Below are positions 32,647-56,666 of a stretch of 64,000 bases of DNA, piece by piece. Under the pieces are notes generated by a model. It was not told where the DNA came from and ran no database searches. It saw only the letters and a list, made by a program, of their open reading frames with translations. The position numbers and the translations under genes are program-made. The stretch covers positions 31,124,001-31,188,000 of the forward strand of contig NC_059440.1 in assembly GCF_021028975.2 (NCBI RefSeq), in the 5' to 3' direction. Each line of letters starts with the position of its first letter. Positions within the stretch are counted from its first letter, which is position 1. The stretch comes from Sphaerodactylus townsendi (Eukaryota).

Positions 32647-35600
32647 TTAATTGGAAGGTGACGAGAGGCCAGGCCGCTTCCGGTGACGCCACCGACGAGA
32701 CAGGCTGCTGAGTTCGAATGCTGTCACACGAGAAACGTTGAGGAGGTCATCGGTCTTGGTTCCCCCTGATACTCTAGACACCAAATTCTGGAACACAGAT
32801 TAAAGATTTGGGTAAAACAGTGGGTATCATGATACCAGAGGCAGGTCTAGGGTATGCTATAAAACCAGTGAGGTGCAGAAGTTACCCTTTCACAATAGAA
32901 CTGGGATAACCCAGATTCAAACACACACTCGCCGAAGAAACTCACGGGTTGACATTTTCCCAGTCTGCCTTTTTGCCTGCCTTGTCTACCTTGCAGGGCT
33001 GTTAGATTAGAAAGGACCACCTGCACCAGTATCATTTTTTTTAAAAGTAGAATGAAGTTGCAATAAATAAAACTGCATTTTAATTGGACCAAATCTGATG
33101 GTTTTTTAGGTGCCAGTAAACCCAACTTGCCTTTTCACACCCTGCCCCCTCGTTAATAATTTAAAAATCTTATTTGAAGCAATCCTAGAACTGTGTCGAG
33201 AAAATGCTGAAACTTGCTTCATATGAGGCACACCGATAGAATCCCCTGCAATCTGTATATCACGATTTCTGTGTTCTTACCCAGTCGAAATGGCCAGAAG
33301 ACTCGGCAGCCAGGGTACTGCGGAGGTCGAGGCTGCTTAAGGTAGGGCTGAAAGCTTGGATGGGGTTCTCCCAGCCGGCCAGGCAGTGCTGTGGGAACAG
33401 AAGGGACAACCTGATACTGAGGATGAGCTTCTAGAACAGTGATGGCGAACCTTTTTGAGACAGAGTGCTCAAATTGCAACCCAAACCCCACTTATTTATC
33501 GCAAAGTGCCAACATGGCAATTTAACCTGAATGCTGAGGTTTTAGTTTAGAAAAAACCGGTTGGCTCCCTCTTCCTCTGCCCCACCTGCTCGAGCAGGGG
33601 CCAGCCTGCTCTAGCCTCCAGCAAGTCCCGCGTGCATCGCTCTGTGCCTCTCTAGCATCTCTGCCTCCTCTGCCCGCCCCTCCCCGGGCAGCAGCCACCC
33701 AGAGCACAGGCACCAGGCCCGCCAGCCGAGTCCTCCCTGCTCACCGCAGTGCGCACACATTGTGCTCAGTGGCCCAGGCCAGCCTAGATGTGTGTGTGTG
33801 TGTGGGGGGTGGGGGGTGGGGGGGTGATTTTCTGCCCCATGACAAACTCTGTGTGCGTGTGCCCACAGAGAGGGCTCCGAGTGCCACCTCTGGCACCCGT
33901 ACCATAGGTTCGCCATCACTGTTCTAGAACCTGTGAACGAGACCTCACTCCAGTGGACCAAGGGGAGTGCACTGAACCAGAGGCAGAGAGCTCACGGGGA
34001 CATGTGGGGTTACATATCCCCGGGCGCATGCCAGCTGGTCATGTGGGGGGGCACCCCCCACACATCTTCCCTTGGGCCCACCCTGCCAGGCTGCTCCTTC
34101 AGGTAGGGAATCTCAAGATTGGGGCTAAACTCCGCCCGACCCCTAATCCTCACATTTTCCTCTTCATTGTTCTCTGTACATTAGGCCTTGCTTGGGTTTG
34201 GTGCTGGCCCCGAGACGCCAGGTTTCCAGGGGAAAGCCATGGAGGAAATCTGCCCTCCTCGTTCCACCTCCTGCCTCAATTCCCTTCAGACCAGCCTCTG
34301 CCTAAACAGAAGTCAGAAAACTCACCGAGGGCAATGCCAGGTCGTCTGCCGGCTCGTAGCTTTTCCTGCGATGGATTTTGTGCTTGTATGCTGGGAGGAG
34401 GGTAGAGCGTGGGATGCTGACCCTGCAACAGACAGCCCACCCCAGAGGGACCAGCAAACTCATTTAGAGATGAGCAACAGGAGTAAAAAGACGCTTTTAG
34501 ATCATATAAGGCTGAGCGCAGTTCTTCATCCTGGTATAATCCTTTCAACAGCGATTTTCTACTCAGCATTTACATTGAGAGTGAGAAAAGGCAAACCACT
34601 CAGGACCACGCCAACATGGCTCTGTGCAGCAGCCCAAGACGGTGCCAGCATGCCCCCTTGGGCACCACCAGGAGCCAGCCCTTCCCTCTCCGTGCGTCTT
34701 GCACGCTGGCCGAGTCGGTACTAACCTGACAAATGCTGGTTCCACCAGAGTCTCGAGATGCTGCTGAGTCCTGGGGGTTTTGCAAATGGGACAGGCAGAC
34801 TCTGAACCCACAGGCATGGCAAAGAGGCGCTTGTTCAAGCGGTAGCAGAAAATGCCTGCAGGAAAAGAGATTCCACCTAAACATTAGGAAGAACTTCCTG
34901 ACCATCAGGGCTGTTTGACAGTGGAATGCGCTGCCTCGGAGTGTGGTGGCGTCTCCTTCTTCGGAAGTTTTTAAACAGAGGCTGGATGGCCATCTGTCAT
35001 GAGTGCTTTGATTGTGTGTTCCTGCATTGCAGGGGGTTGGACTTGATGGCCCTTGGGGGTCTCTTCCAACTATATGATTCTAACACACCAGAAACTGCTG
35101 CAGGCTGGGTTGGGTGGCTCTCACAGTCTGCTGCAGCATGATATGATTTCAGGGCACAGATGACCACATCTTGGGGGCTGAAAGCTGCCAAGTGAAGCTC
35201 AAAAGCGGAGACATTGCATGAGGAAGGCAGATCAGGATGGCTAAATCAGTACGGACCCTCCCCCCGCCACCATGAAGAAATGTGAGGCTGAGCATCCTTC
35301 TAGCACTGAGGGGCAGAAAGCCCTCTGGTTCACAGGATTCAGGAAGAGGGAGCCTGACCGTACACTGGTGGGAAGTCGATTCCGTCTCTGATTCTTGATC
35401 GAGAATCCAGGAGCCCAGAGCCTCTGACCTGTTGGGGAAACAAACAGCCACAGATCATACTAAGTTATGCAACAGAGCAGAGGTGTGCAGGTTCTGCAAC
35501 AGGGTTCTGCCATAGGGCAGAGGTATAATAAAATATACCGTATCTTAACATGACAAAATAACTCTTGGTTATGAAAATAACCAGGAACACCCAGAAGAAA

Positions 35601-38600
35601 GAAGAAGAGTCTGCAGGAGACTCAAAGGGGCTGACAATCTCCTTGCCCTTCCCCACTCACAACAATCACCCTGTGAGGTAGGTGGGGCTGAGAGAGCTCC
35701 GAGAAGCTGTGACTAGCCCAAGGTCACCCAGCTGGCGTGTGTGGGAGTGTACAGGCTAATCTGAATCCCCCAGATAAGCCTCCACAGCTCAGGCGGCAGA
35801 GCTGGGAATCAAACCCGGTTCCTCCAGATTAGATACACGAGCTCTTAACCTCCTACGCCACTGCTGCTACGGAAACTGCTGCTGGACACTGGAAGTACAA
35901 AAGAATAAACAAAATAGGTGTGGCTGTAAAAGATGAGCAGGTTCAATGAACGACCTGCCCCAAATAAAAAAATAACAATGGGGAATTTTACAGGGCATTT
36001 CTGGTCCACAGCTTAGACTATCTCTTTTCCCTTACTTTGATTCACATTGGATTTAGGATAGTGTTTCTATTGTATCTCTGGTTAATAATTCTCTTTTTAT
36101 GCATGTTTCCTTTATATATGTATCATTATATTTTAATGTCTTCAGATTTTTTTGTAGTTTTCTTTTCATCCTTCTAAAAATGATAAAACATGCAGAACAC
36201 TGATACACACAAATCAGTGAAAACGGTCAAGTTGTCTGCAGTGACAACCTCTCCCCTTCACTTCTGAGGACTGGGGTGGGGCATACAGAGCTAGGCTTCC
36301 CTCTGGACCCCTTAGAACTTCCAGGGGTTGAGTGTCTCCTTCCGGTATGGATGCGCAAACTGCCCCTCTCACCGAAAGACTCCATCATAGATGCAAGCTT
36401 CTTTGTTCACCCGCCGGAAGTCCTGCAGCTCAGAAAAATACTGCTCTGGTTTCTCTGACACTGAAGAATCCACGTCTAGTAACCCTGGGAAGAAAAGGAA
36501 AAGGGAGTCCAAGATAGATCAGACCACACAAATTCCTGGTAGGTTAGACCAAAAGCCTACAAGATCCTGCTTTCCCCAGGAGTCGATATTCAAATTAATC
36601 CTGGCTTGGAATGGATTCCCCTTAGCTACCGTGAGTTTTTTTCTGGACTGGGTTCTTCTGTGTTCTGGTATGTTATGCCTTAGACTTTTTCAGTTTGCAT
36701 TCTTTCCCAGTTCTGTAATCCCAGCCCACCTGCATTGTTTATTAGATATCTTACGTTCTCTGATGGAATTTTCCAAAAATATTCTGTTTTCTGCCTTAAG
36801 TCTCACTGAGAAAGGGAGACTACAGATGATAAAAGCAAGTAATTAAACAAGTATTCGCCCCAAGACTACCGCAGGGTATAGCAATCAATTTGCACCGCCC
36901 ATGTTCATCAGACAAACTCTGCCAGACTTCAAAGCTTATCTGGAACCTGTTTTGCTCCAAAGAGGTAAGCGGTCACACCTGCAATCCAGTCGTACCCCAG
37001 AAAAGGCCGAACCGACCACTCGTCTGCAGGGAGAGTGTATTCTTCGGGGTCAGACACAAACATCACACGCCCAGCCTCCTTCTGCAAGAGAAAATGGCTA
37101 AAGGGCAGGACGTTCTTCTCAACAAGAGATTATAAACTCTGTGCCAAGGAGACCTTGGGTCTGCAGAGATCAATAACTTTTGGGGTGACCTGAGGGGGGG
37201 GGGTCATGCAGTGGCAACACAGTGAAGAAGATTCAGCTTAAGGGCTGCAGAAAGACAACTTTCAAGATAATTACACTAAAATACACAAGAAGGGGGTGCA
37301 GCAGTAAAACAGCTAATCAGCAAAAACCCCACTGTACCCAAATCAATCACTTATCGTCTGCAATCCCTGCTGATAAATTTCACAATAAACTTGTGAATTA
37401 TTGTCTGTATTGCCATCTAATGAACTTTACAATAAAACTTAACACAAACTGTGTCTTACACATACTTAATCTTTCACTGTTGATTACAACAAACAAAATT
37501 TGAGACACTATTTCTTAATCCTAAATCCTGGTTAAGATTTAGACAGGAGACCACAGACCAGGGTTGCTAGATAGAGGCAGGCAATGGCAAACGACCTCTT
37601 CCCTTGGAAATCCTACAGGGCGCCCATAAATTGGCTGCGGCATGGCTGGCTGCACCTCCCACCCCCAAGATGAGGCTGGTAGGCTGGCTAAAGAGAAAAC
37701 TGCAGACCATCTACCTTCATTTTCTCTTGGGTTTCCTTGCGTTGTGGTGTGAGCAGGATCGATTTGGGAGCCTTTAGCAGCCGAGCCGACACCGTGGGTC
37801 CATGGCTCCCTTTGGCTCGCACCTGGCTCGGCTCCACTCCGTCCCTCGACCTTTGCAGATGAGCCAGGTGTGTTTCAGCATCTGTTGGGCTCAAAGGAAT
37901 GGATTTCCTTTCTGGGTCTCTTGCGCAGTCACATCTTTTCACAGCCGCTCGGGCAGATTCTCCATCTGTTGCTAACAGCACAGTGGTCTTCTCAGCCCCG
38001 TGGGAATCTTGATCCCCTTGATGTGGTGTTTCTCCCTCCTTCTCCTTGTGGGAAGTGATGGGTTTCGAAGGGGACCCAAGGTCAATTCTGGCCACTTGGG
38101 GTCCGGCTTCTCCGGATGCCCTCATCGCAATGCTTGTTAACTCTTCAGGACTCTGGCCTTGTTTCTCTTTCTGGAATGGGAATGGAAGCCATAGCATTTC
38201 TCAAATATGTAGTGGCTCCCTAAAGCCCAAACAGAGCCAACATGCGACAACAGCTAGAATGTGAGTAGAACAGCTTGATATGAATATAAAAAATGTATGG
38301 AGACAATGTATGTGGCCCTGTGCACCTTGGAGGGAGGGCAGGATAAAAGTGTAACAGACAGGTGCAGGTTATCCCTTATAAAAATGAACTGCAGATTTCC
38401 CCATTTTCTAATAGTTAGAACTAGGGTGTGGGAGCCCCAGGTTCGAATTCCCGCTCTGCCACTGATAGAGTAACTGAGTAACTGTGGGCCAATCAAACAT
38501 GTTCATCCTATCCTACTTCACAGGGTTGCAGATAACAGGGAGGAGAATAACGCAAGCTTCTTTAGACCCCACTAAAGAGAAATTACATAAATAAATGTAA

Positions 38601-38800
38601 CACTGTAGAGCTGTTCTTCTACATACCTCTGTTTGGGGATCCTGGGCCCGCCTTTTCTCATGAGGCTGTCTTTTTGCTTGCAGGGCTGGGAGGAAAGATT
38701 TTCCCATCTGCTGCTTTTTAAATTCTTCTTGGTTTGCTTTTAGCCTCTTCAGGAGATCTTGGTTCATAAGACGCAGCTTCTCCAACTGTTCCAGGTCCAT
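32647..38800 (-). CDS. MIIP: migration and invasion inhibitory protein, 9 coding exons, 1386 nt / 461 aa
   Basis: Exons 38627-38800 (EQLEKLRLMNQDLLKRL), 37715-38170, 36979-37081 (RPFLGYDWIAG), 36373-36484 (YFSELQDFRRVNKEACI), 35364-35428, 34726-34855 (CIFCYRLNKRLF), 34326-34422 (VSIP..IHRRKS), 33281-33388 (HCLAGWE), 32647-32787. Phases are consistent and the gene is syntenic with MFN2. Confidence 0.92.
33437..33921 (-). mobile_element. non-autonomous hAT element
   Basis: TIR CAGTGATGGCGAACC; perfect 8-bp TSD TTCTAGAA; inverted relative to the copy at 28577-29050. Confidence 0.9.
34857..35082 (+). mobile_element. CR1 LINE 3' fragment
   Basis: AGATTCCACCTAAACATTAGGAAGAACTTCCTGAC...CTTCCAAC..ATGATTCTA CR1 3' end; aligns by eye to 53045-53262. 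Confidence 0.85.
35598..35868 (-). mobile_element. Squam3-like CORE-SINE
   Basis: Reverse copy. Confidence 0.8.
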
Positions 38801-40689
38801 CTTCTACCTCTTGCTTCGAGAGAGAACATGCAGGCTAGAAAGCAAAGACCCAAGCCCCTTCTTAATTTCTAAAACAACAGTTCTGTCCAGGGGATGCAAG
38901 GAACTGGAGTGTGTATGTGCCTGCACATTCTGGAAGGGGAATGCACTCTGCACATGCTCAGAGGGATCTCTTGATTATGCCTTCGAACCAGAGTTGAACT
39001 TGAAGCTAAAATATCATCCCCTTAAAATTCCTTCTAAAAGCGTGGTTCTGAATTATCCTCTAGATAAGGCAGTAGTAACTGGGGAAGGGCTGATAGACTA
39101 AAACTGCTGTACTGGGTGAGGGGCTGGAAGATTTCCCGAATGACGAAGCACTCCTGGATTATGAGAAGAGAACAGAGACAGAAAAAGCCTGAAGGCACAG
39201 CCCTTCCAGTTTTAAAATTGGATGCTGCTACTTTTTATAGGCCTAGGATAGATAATACTACATACCTGCTTAATAAAAACTCTACAAAATACCAATTTAT
39301 TTAATTGCATCATTTATAGCGCTTCGGAGTCAACATGGACCACACAGAGCGAGTCAATACAATCCGAGGGATTCAATAAACAGTGAAAAAGGATTTGGGT
39401 TGCAGCTCCAACCAGAAGTCTGGTACAACAGAGCTGAAGTGAAGCGTTAAGTGTTAACTGGCCACATTAAATGATGCAAAGTTAACACAGTGGGATCCAA
39501 CCCACAGCATCCGATACACAGCAGTACAGACCACAAACTGTATAATTAGAACTGAGGGGTTGGGTGGGGGCTTGGGCTGTCTTAAAGAGGAACAGGCAAA
39601 CAAAGATAATCGGATTCCTGAGGATGGCCCAGCACGCTTTTTTAGAAGCCAAGTTTGCAGTCTTTCCTCAGAAGAAGAAACACAGCCAGCCCTAAATGCA
39701 GTGTGAACAACACCTCCAGATAATCTAGTGACGGACCTCTAATTTTTATTTTTATTATTATTTAGATTGATAGACTGCCCACCCCTGAAGGGCTCATAAT
39801 TTCAATGAAAGATTTCAGCCACTGAATAACTTCCTTTGGCCAATGCCATGAAGGGCTGGCATTAATCTCTTGGCCACTGCTGGGCAGTCCCTCGCTCTTT
39901 GCTCTGGCTGCCAAAAGATATATTCAGGCTCCAGCGGGCATGTGTTGGTTGCCATGGAACTCGGAGGAAGCAGCCTTTGACAAGAACCTCACGACAACCA
40001 GACCAGTGCAGACAACTGCCATTCATTGCTGAGTTGAATGCAGAAATATTCAGAGAATGTGGGGACTGACTTCTGGGCACTCGTTCTGTGTTGAGATGCT
40101 AAATAACTCAGCATGCCAGGACTACAGGGAATTGCGATATTGACCCACTCAAGCATTTAGTTTACTTCTGAGAGGCAGCGCTGAACTGCATCAGGATAAT
40201 AGTGACCCAACAACAGTTTGTAATGCCCAGTCTTAGCCAGGCACCAAGTAAGAAAGAATAAGAGAGCCCCTGAGCAGGTGCAGAGTTCTCCTTTCCACCG
40301 GCCTACCTACAACAGCCTCTAGCAGGAGGGGAAGGTTTCTAGTTTGTGAAGCTGATGTTTATCTCTTTTGAGCAGGTTTTGATCCGGGGTCACTTGGACA
40401 AGGGGTGGGGGTGGGGTTTGACTCTCGCAACAGTCCTCCCCGAAGACACTGTGGGCTTCCAAGGAGGCTGCCGGACTTGAACCCAGTTCTTCTGATCCGG
40501 CCTCGGCTGCAGCTCTTTCCCCAGACCCTCAGCCCATGGAGCCCCCCTGCATGCCCGGGCAGCCAGAGACCCTCCACCCCTGGCTTTCCCGTATGAACTT
40601 CCACCTGCTCCAAGCCCCCAGGAACCCCCAGCATCCGGAGAGAGCCCCTTCCCATCCCCAGGGCAGCTGCGACCAGGACTAGCATTGGC

Positions 40690-41010
40690 ACCGAGACCCC
40701 CCTCGTGCAAGCCGCGACCCCTGCCCCGGCTCAGCCCCCAGTCACCCTCCGCCCCCCTCCCCCCCGGGCGCCCCCCAGCCTCACTCATTCACTTTCCAGT
40801 CGGTTTGTTTTAACTATGTAGCAAAGGGGAAGCTTCCGAACGCGCCCTGATTGGCCAGCCCGGCCTCCCTACCCGGCGTGCAACGCACCAACCGCTGCCG
40901 GCCGCTTTCGCTCTTAAAGGGGCCGCTCTGCTGCGAGCTACGTGCCCCCGTGGCTGCTGGGGGGAGGGGGCGTCAGCCCGGCGAGGGGCGGGGGGGGCAA
41001 CGCAAATCTG
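40690..41010 (-). promoter_or_regulatory. MIIP CpG-island promoter / non-coding first exon
   Basis: GC/CpG-rich; CCAAT (minus) at ~40850-40854; candidate donors near 40780-40792; ~2 kb upstream of the ATG exon, whose acceptor is at 38835-38836. Confidence 0.6.
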
Positions 41011-41997
41011 CAAACGGGAAGCTATTGCACAGAAAGCTTGGCTGGCTCGCTAAGGATGCTGGTGGGCTGATAGCAACATCTTCTATAGCAGCACCGTCCT
41101 GACGCCTGTCATTAATTATTGACTTGTTCCTCCCTTACATACATACATTCATTCAAGATTCATTTCCTGCCCATCACCAGAGTCTCTGGGGTGTGTGCAA
41201 TCATAAAAAAACACCGTAAAATACAATTATATAAAAACCATCCTAAAACTCCTTAAGCAGCTGTCCCCAAGCCCCCCCCTCCCCCCCCAAGTACCCAGCC
41301 CACATAGAGCCCACCCCAACAAATTGTTTGGGCTGGGGCTCAACCAGGACAGGGCTCGTGCTGAGGGTATACCAGTACTGCAAATCATGGGCATCTTGTG
41401 GTTCTGGTGGGTTTTCCGGGCTGTGTGGCCATGGTCTGGTGGATTTGCAAATCAGACCACCAGACCACTGCCACACAGCCCGGAAAACCCACCAGAACCA
41501 GTTGAATCCGGCCGTGAAAGCCTTCGACAATACATGGACATCTTGTTTGTACATAGGCTGTTCCAGAGAAGACCTGGATAGCTCCTGTGCTTGCAATAGC
41601 AAATCATAAATCTAGCCAGCAAAGTATTGCTAGTGCCCAGTCTCTCTGAGGTCTTGCTCTATGACACCTTCTCCACACTATGCTACAAGCACAGCATTTC
41701 ATATCAGAATAAGAGGCCCCACGTAAGCACATAATCAAAGCAGCACCCTGCCAGATCAAGCCCACGGTTTCACAGCCTGTAATAAAGACGACACATTTTT
41801 TTGTAATGTGTCTACTGGAACTGAGAATCAAAAGGTACTTGGTGTTCTACCCTGCAGGCTCCATGTAACTTTTGTGGGTAAACTGTGGCAAGGAACTGAC
41901 CTTGCAGGGAACAAAGAACAGTAGAGAGCTCTGAGGCAACCAACACAAGGATTTCCATCGAAGAAAGCGAAACATGGAATATTTGAGTATTTCATTG

Positions 41998-42003
41998 TTT
42001 ATT
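41998..42003 (-). terminator. distal MFN2 polyadenylation signal (3' UTR ~2.75 kb); a proximal AATAAA lies at 44215-44220
   Basis: AATAAA on the minus strand at the end of a repeat-free stretch following the MFN2 stop. Confidence 0.55.
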
Positions 42004-44738
42004 TCTATTTCTGTGTCTGATATTAACTGTGGGCCCGTGGCAATACAATTAATTCATGCATTAAAAAGCCAAAACCCACAAACTGGCCACCTTTACATAC
42101 AGCAGGCAGAAAACACCCTGTTGAGAAGATTCAATCAAAGAGGGAAACAAATATTGTAATCAAATAAGCAGCTGTAAAAAATAAAGTGCATTTGGCTAAA
42201 GGATTGGTTTCCAAGAAAACAGGAACTCTGTTCTCTAGCTTGTGGCAGCATGGCTGTCACAACGCATCTCCCAGGCCACAGAAGCGGAAGTGTCACCTGG
42301 CAACAGAATTCAGACAAGTTGCTTCTATGGAAAATCCAACAGCTTAGCGACTCGGAGAGAAGATGCCACTGGGGGATCGGAAAAGGGCAGAAAATCCCGA
42401 GCAGCTTAAAGCGTTCTCTCACCTTTGTGGCCTCTGCTATCAAAGGGCCATTTCAAAAAGAAACTGCACAGAATCTACACGTGAATTATCCCGTCTGGCA
42501 ATCACAGAAAAGGAGGTTTGCTAACGAGAACCAACTGGGGAACCCACAACTGGGGCAGATGTCCCACAACCATCTGTAACTAGCTTTATGGAAGATTATC
42601 TAACCATATGCACATAACATACATGGGGCAAGTCAAGAGGCGGAGGAGGACGACTGAGTGTGCAGACCCTGGTCCTTGCTGGAGCTCACTCAATGAAGCC
42701 CTGGTAGTTTCTGTCCCTGCTATCCAGCACTAGGTGATGCAGGATGGGCAGGCAACCGCAAGACAGGATGGGGGGAGGCAACAGTATGCTCGCTCGCATG
42801 GGTGGGGGGAGAGCGGGGGCCTCACACCTATGCCACATGCATTTAAATCTGGATGTTCAGGACTTTTGTCTCCTGCAAGTTCACACAGGAGGGGGAGGAT
42901 ACAGGAAATGGGAACAATCCAAACTGCCCAGCTCCCGCTTCTCCCCCTTCTGACGTCACACCGAAACCAAGGAACCTATCGTACTTTTTAAAAAAGCAAT
43001 CCGTCAAAGGGTACTCTCGTCACTATTATTATGCAAATAAAAATAATCCAGCCACTGTAAAGGGAACCAAAGCCATCGCAGTTGGTCAATTCTCTATGCT
43101 CTCTTAGAACCAAGCAGAACATTCTGGAACCTTCTTGCTGGGCATTTTCCATCCCCCTCTCCCATACACAGCCCTGTGGCTTTCAGGCCCAACGGGGGCT
43201 AATTCAGCAGTATTTTCTACAGCTTTGCAAACTATGGGAAAGAGGATATGTTGGCTACAAAGAGAAGGCTAATCCACAAACTTGCTCAAGAAAAAGGGAA
43301 TAGACAGAAAGAGGAACAGAGGTCAACTTTCTTATTCCACTATTTGCTGATGCAGACCCCTTTCTCTTGCAAGGAAGTAAAAAAAAATCAATTTTGTTAC
43401 ATACTCAGGCATTCTGAACACATCCAAGGATTTACATCCTCCTCCAGATTTTGGGGGCATTTCATAGTACACAAGTATCCTCCAGCTCCCTTCAACTGTA
43501 GCTGGGCCAAATCTACACAGCCCTGTATTCTCACGCCTCCCTCTTCTCCCCAGACTATGCAAACTCAGTTTGGGTGGTGCTCGGATGCACACAGTTAGAG
43601 CCTGGGGCTGATGCTGGCATGTCCAGCTCTTGGTTTTGCAGAAGGCTGGAAAAGATGCCTCCTGGTAGCCCTCTTTGCTGCATCCATCTCTGCCCCCTCC
43701 TGCCCATTCACCCCCTCCTCTTTAGGCAAAGGCAGAAAGCAGGCAGCGGCTGCAGCTAGTGGCTCACCCAGCAAACGAGCACTGATGGCCACGCAGAATG
43801 TCAGCAGCTGCTTCCAAGCAAAGAAGCGGAGGTTGGGAGTGGCCCTTCTTCTGGCTGCTATCATAGCTGCCTTGTCTGCCCAGGTGGAAATTGTGGGGGT
43901 GGGCAGTGGGTCTGGGAGCGTGCTACATCCTGCCATGCCTGCATAGTTCCGGAGCAAAGGCAGCTGTGGATGATGCCCTATCTATCTGGGGGAGTTGGGG
44001 AGGGAACGGATATTCCTGGCGCTCTGGAGCTTTGGCAACTACCAAGCCATGCCATTCCCCTGGCATCAATCCTCAAAACCACCTCCAGCAGCGGGATATT
44101 TCAGCCTGCTCAGGATGCCGTTGTGGGAATGCCTTCTCAGAGCAGCCGGGACCTGCCTAAAATCTGTTTGCCTGCTGGACAAAGCACACCCCATCCAGCC
44201 AAAACAAACCGACATTTATTTCTATTTGATTTCCAAGAGAAGAGTGGCTGAGACTGAAATCCATTCCAAGTTGACTTAAACATGCACAGCTTTGGCTGGA
44301 TCATGCCCCCATTTTGCAGAACAAGGAACTATTTGCTTTATGAAGCAAAAGAAATTCATTTTTTTAAAGGTCGGGGGCAAGTGAGAGAAGGCCAGAATAA
44401 ACTTCAACCCAAATGCACCAGAAGGGAGCCAGGTAGGATTTGGATCTCTCGGAATTTCATTGGCGACTAAAACAGAAACGGGTCAGGGGCCTCCTGACTT
44501 ATCGGGTAAAGGCTTCCACACAGACATGGCTGAGCTCAAGGTCCCTACCAGGAAGAGACAGGATTCTAAAGGAGAAAGGATTATCATGCGGAGGGGGAGC
44601 TGGATTCTCTCGGTCCCCTGGGGGAGACTCCCCAGCAATTAGCTTCTGCGTGTGCCCGCGAGAGCTCTCGTTGCCAAGAATGGCTTTCGCCAGTGGGTGG
44701 AACACGGGGTGAGGAACGGCTGTCCCCCTCTTCTCTGC

Positions 44739-56085
<11,347 letters not shown>

Positions 56086-56432
56086 CTCGCTGCAGGGCCG
56101 GGCAGGGAAGCAAGAGACAAGCAGCTCAGTAAACGCGTTAGATTTGTTATGAGCACAACGTAGAGGCAGCCAAGCCTTGGAAAGGGCTTCCCTTCACAAG
56201 CGTGCCTAAGTCTTCTTTTTTTCCTCCTGCTGGCAGAGGCCTATTAATGGCTACTAACTGTGGTCACTAAATGGAACCTTCATGAGCAAGCACAGGCTAC
56301 CTTTTGATACCAGAGGTGAGCAACAGAGGAGAGCAATGATTTCAGTTCCTGCCTCTGGACTTCCCAAAGATCAAGAGATTGTGACAGACACAAAGGAGAT
56401 GGATAGGATGAACCTTGCAACTCCCATAGTAT

Positions 56433-56666
56433 TACCCTGTTTCCCCGAATACAAGACATCCCCGGAAAATAAGACGTAGTAGAGGTTTTGCTGAAGTGCG
56501 AAATATAAGGCATCCCCCAAAAGTAAGACGTAGCAAAGTTTTTGTTTGGAAGCATGCCTGACAAATAGAATACAGAAATATACGACATCCCCTGAAAATG
56601 ACATAGCGCATCTTTGGGAGCAAAAATTAATATAAGACACTGTCTTATATTCGGGGAAACACAGTA
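56433..56666. mobile_element. Tc1/mariner (Tigger-like) MITE
   Basis: TIR TACCCTGTTTCCCCGAATACAAGAC...GTCTTATATTCGGGGAAACACAGTA with TA ends and internal AAAATAAGAC-type repeats. Confidence 0.75.
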
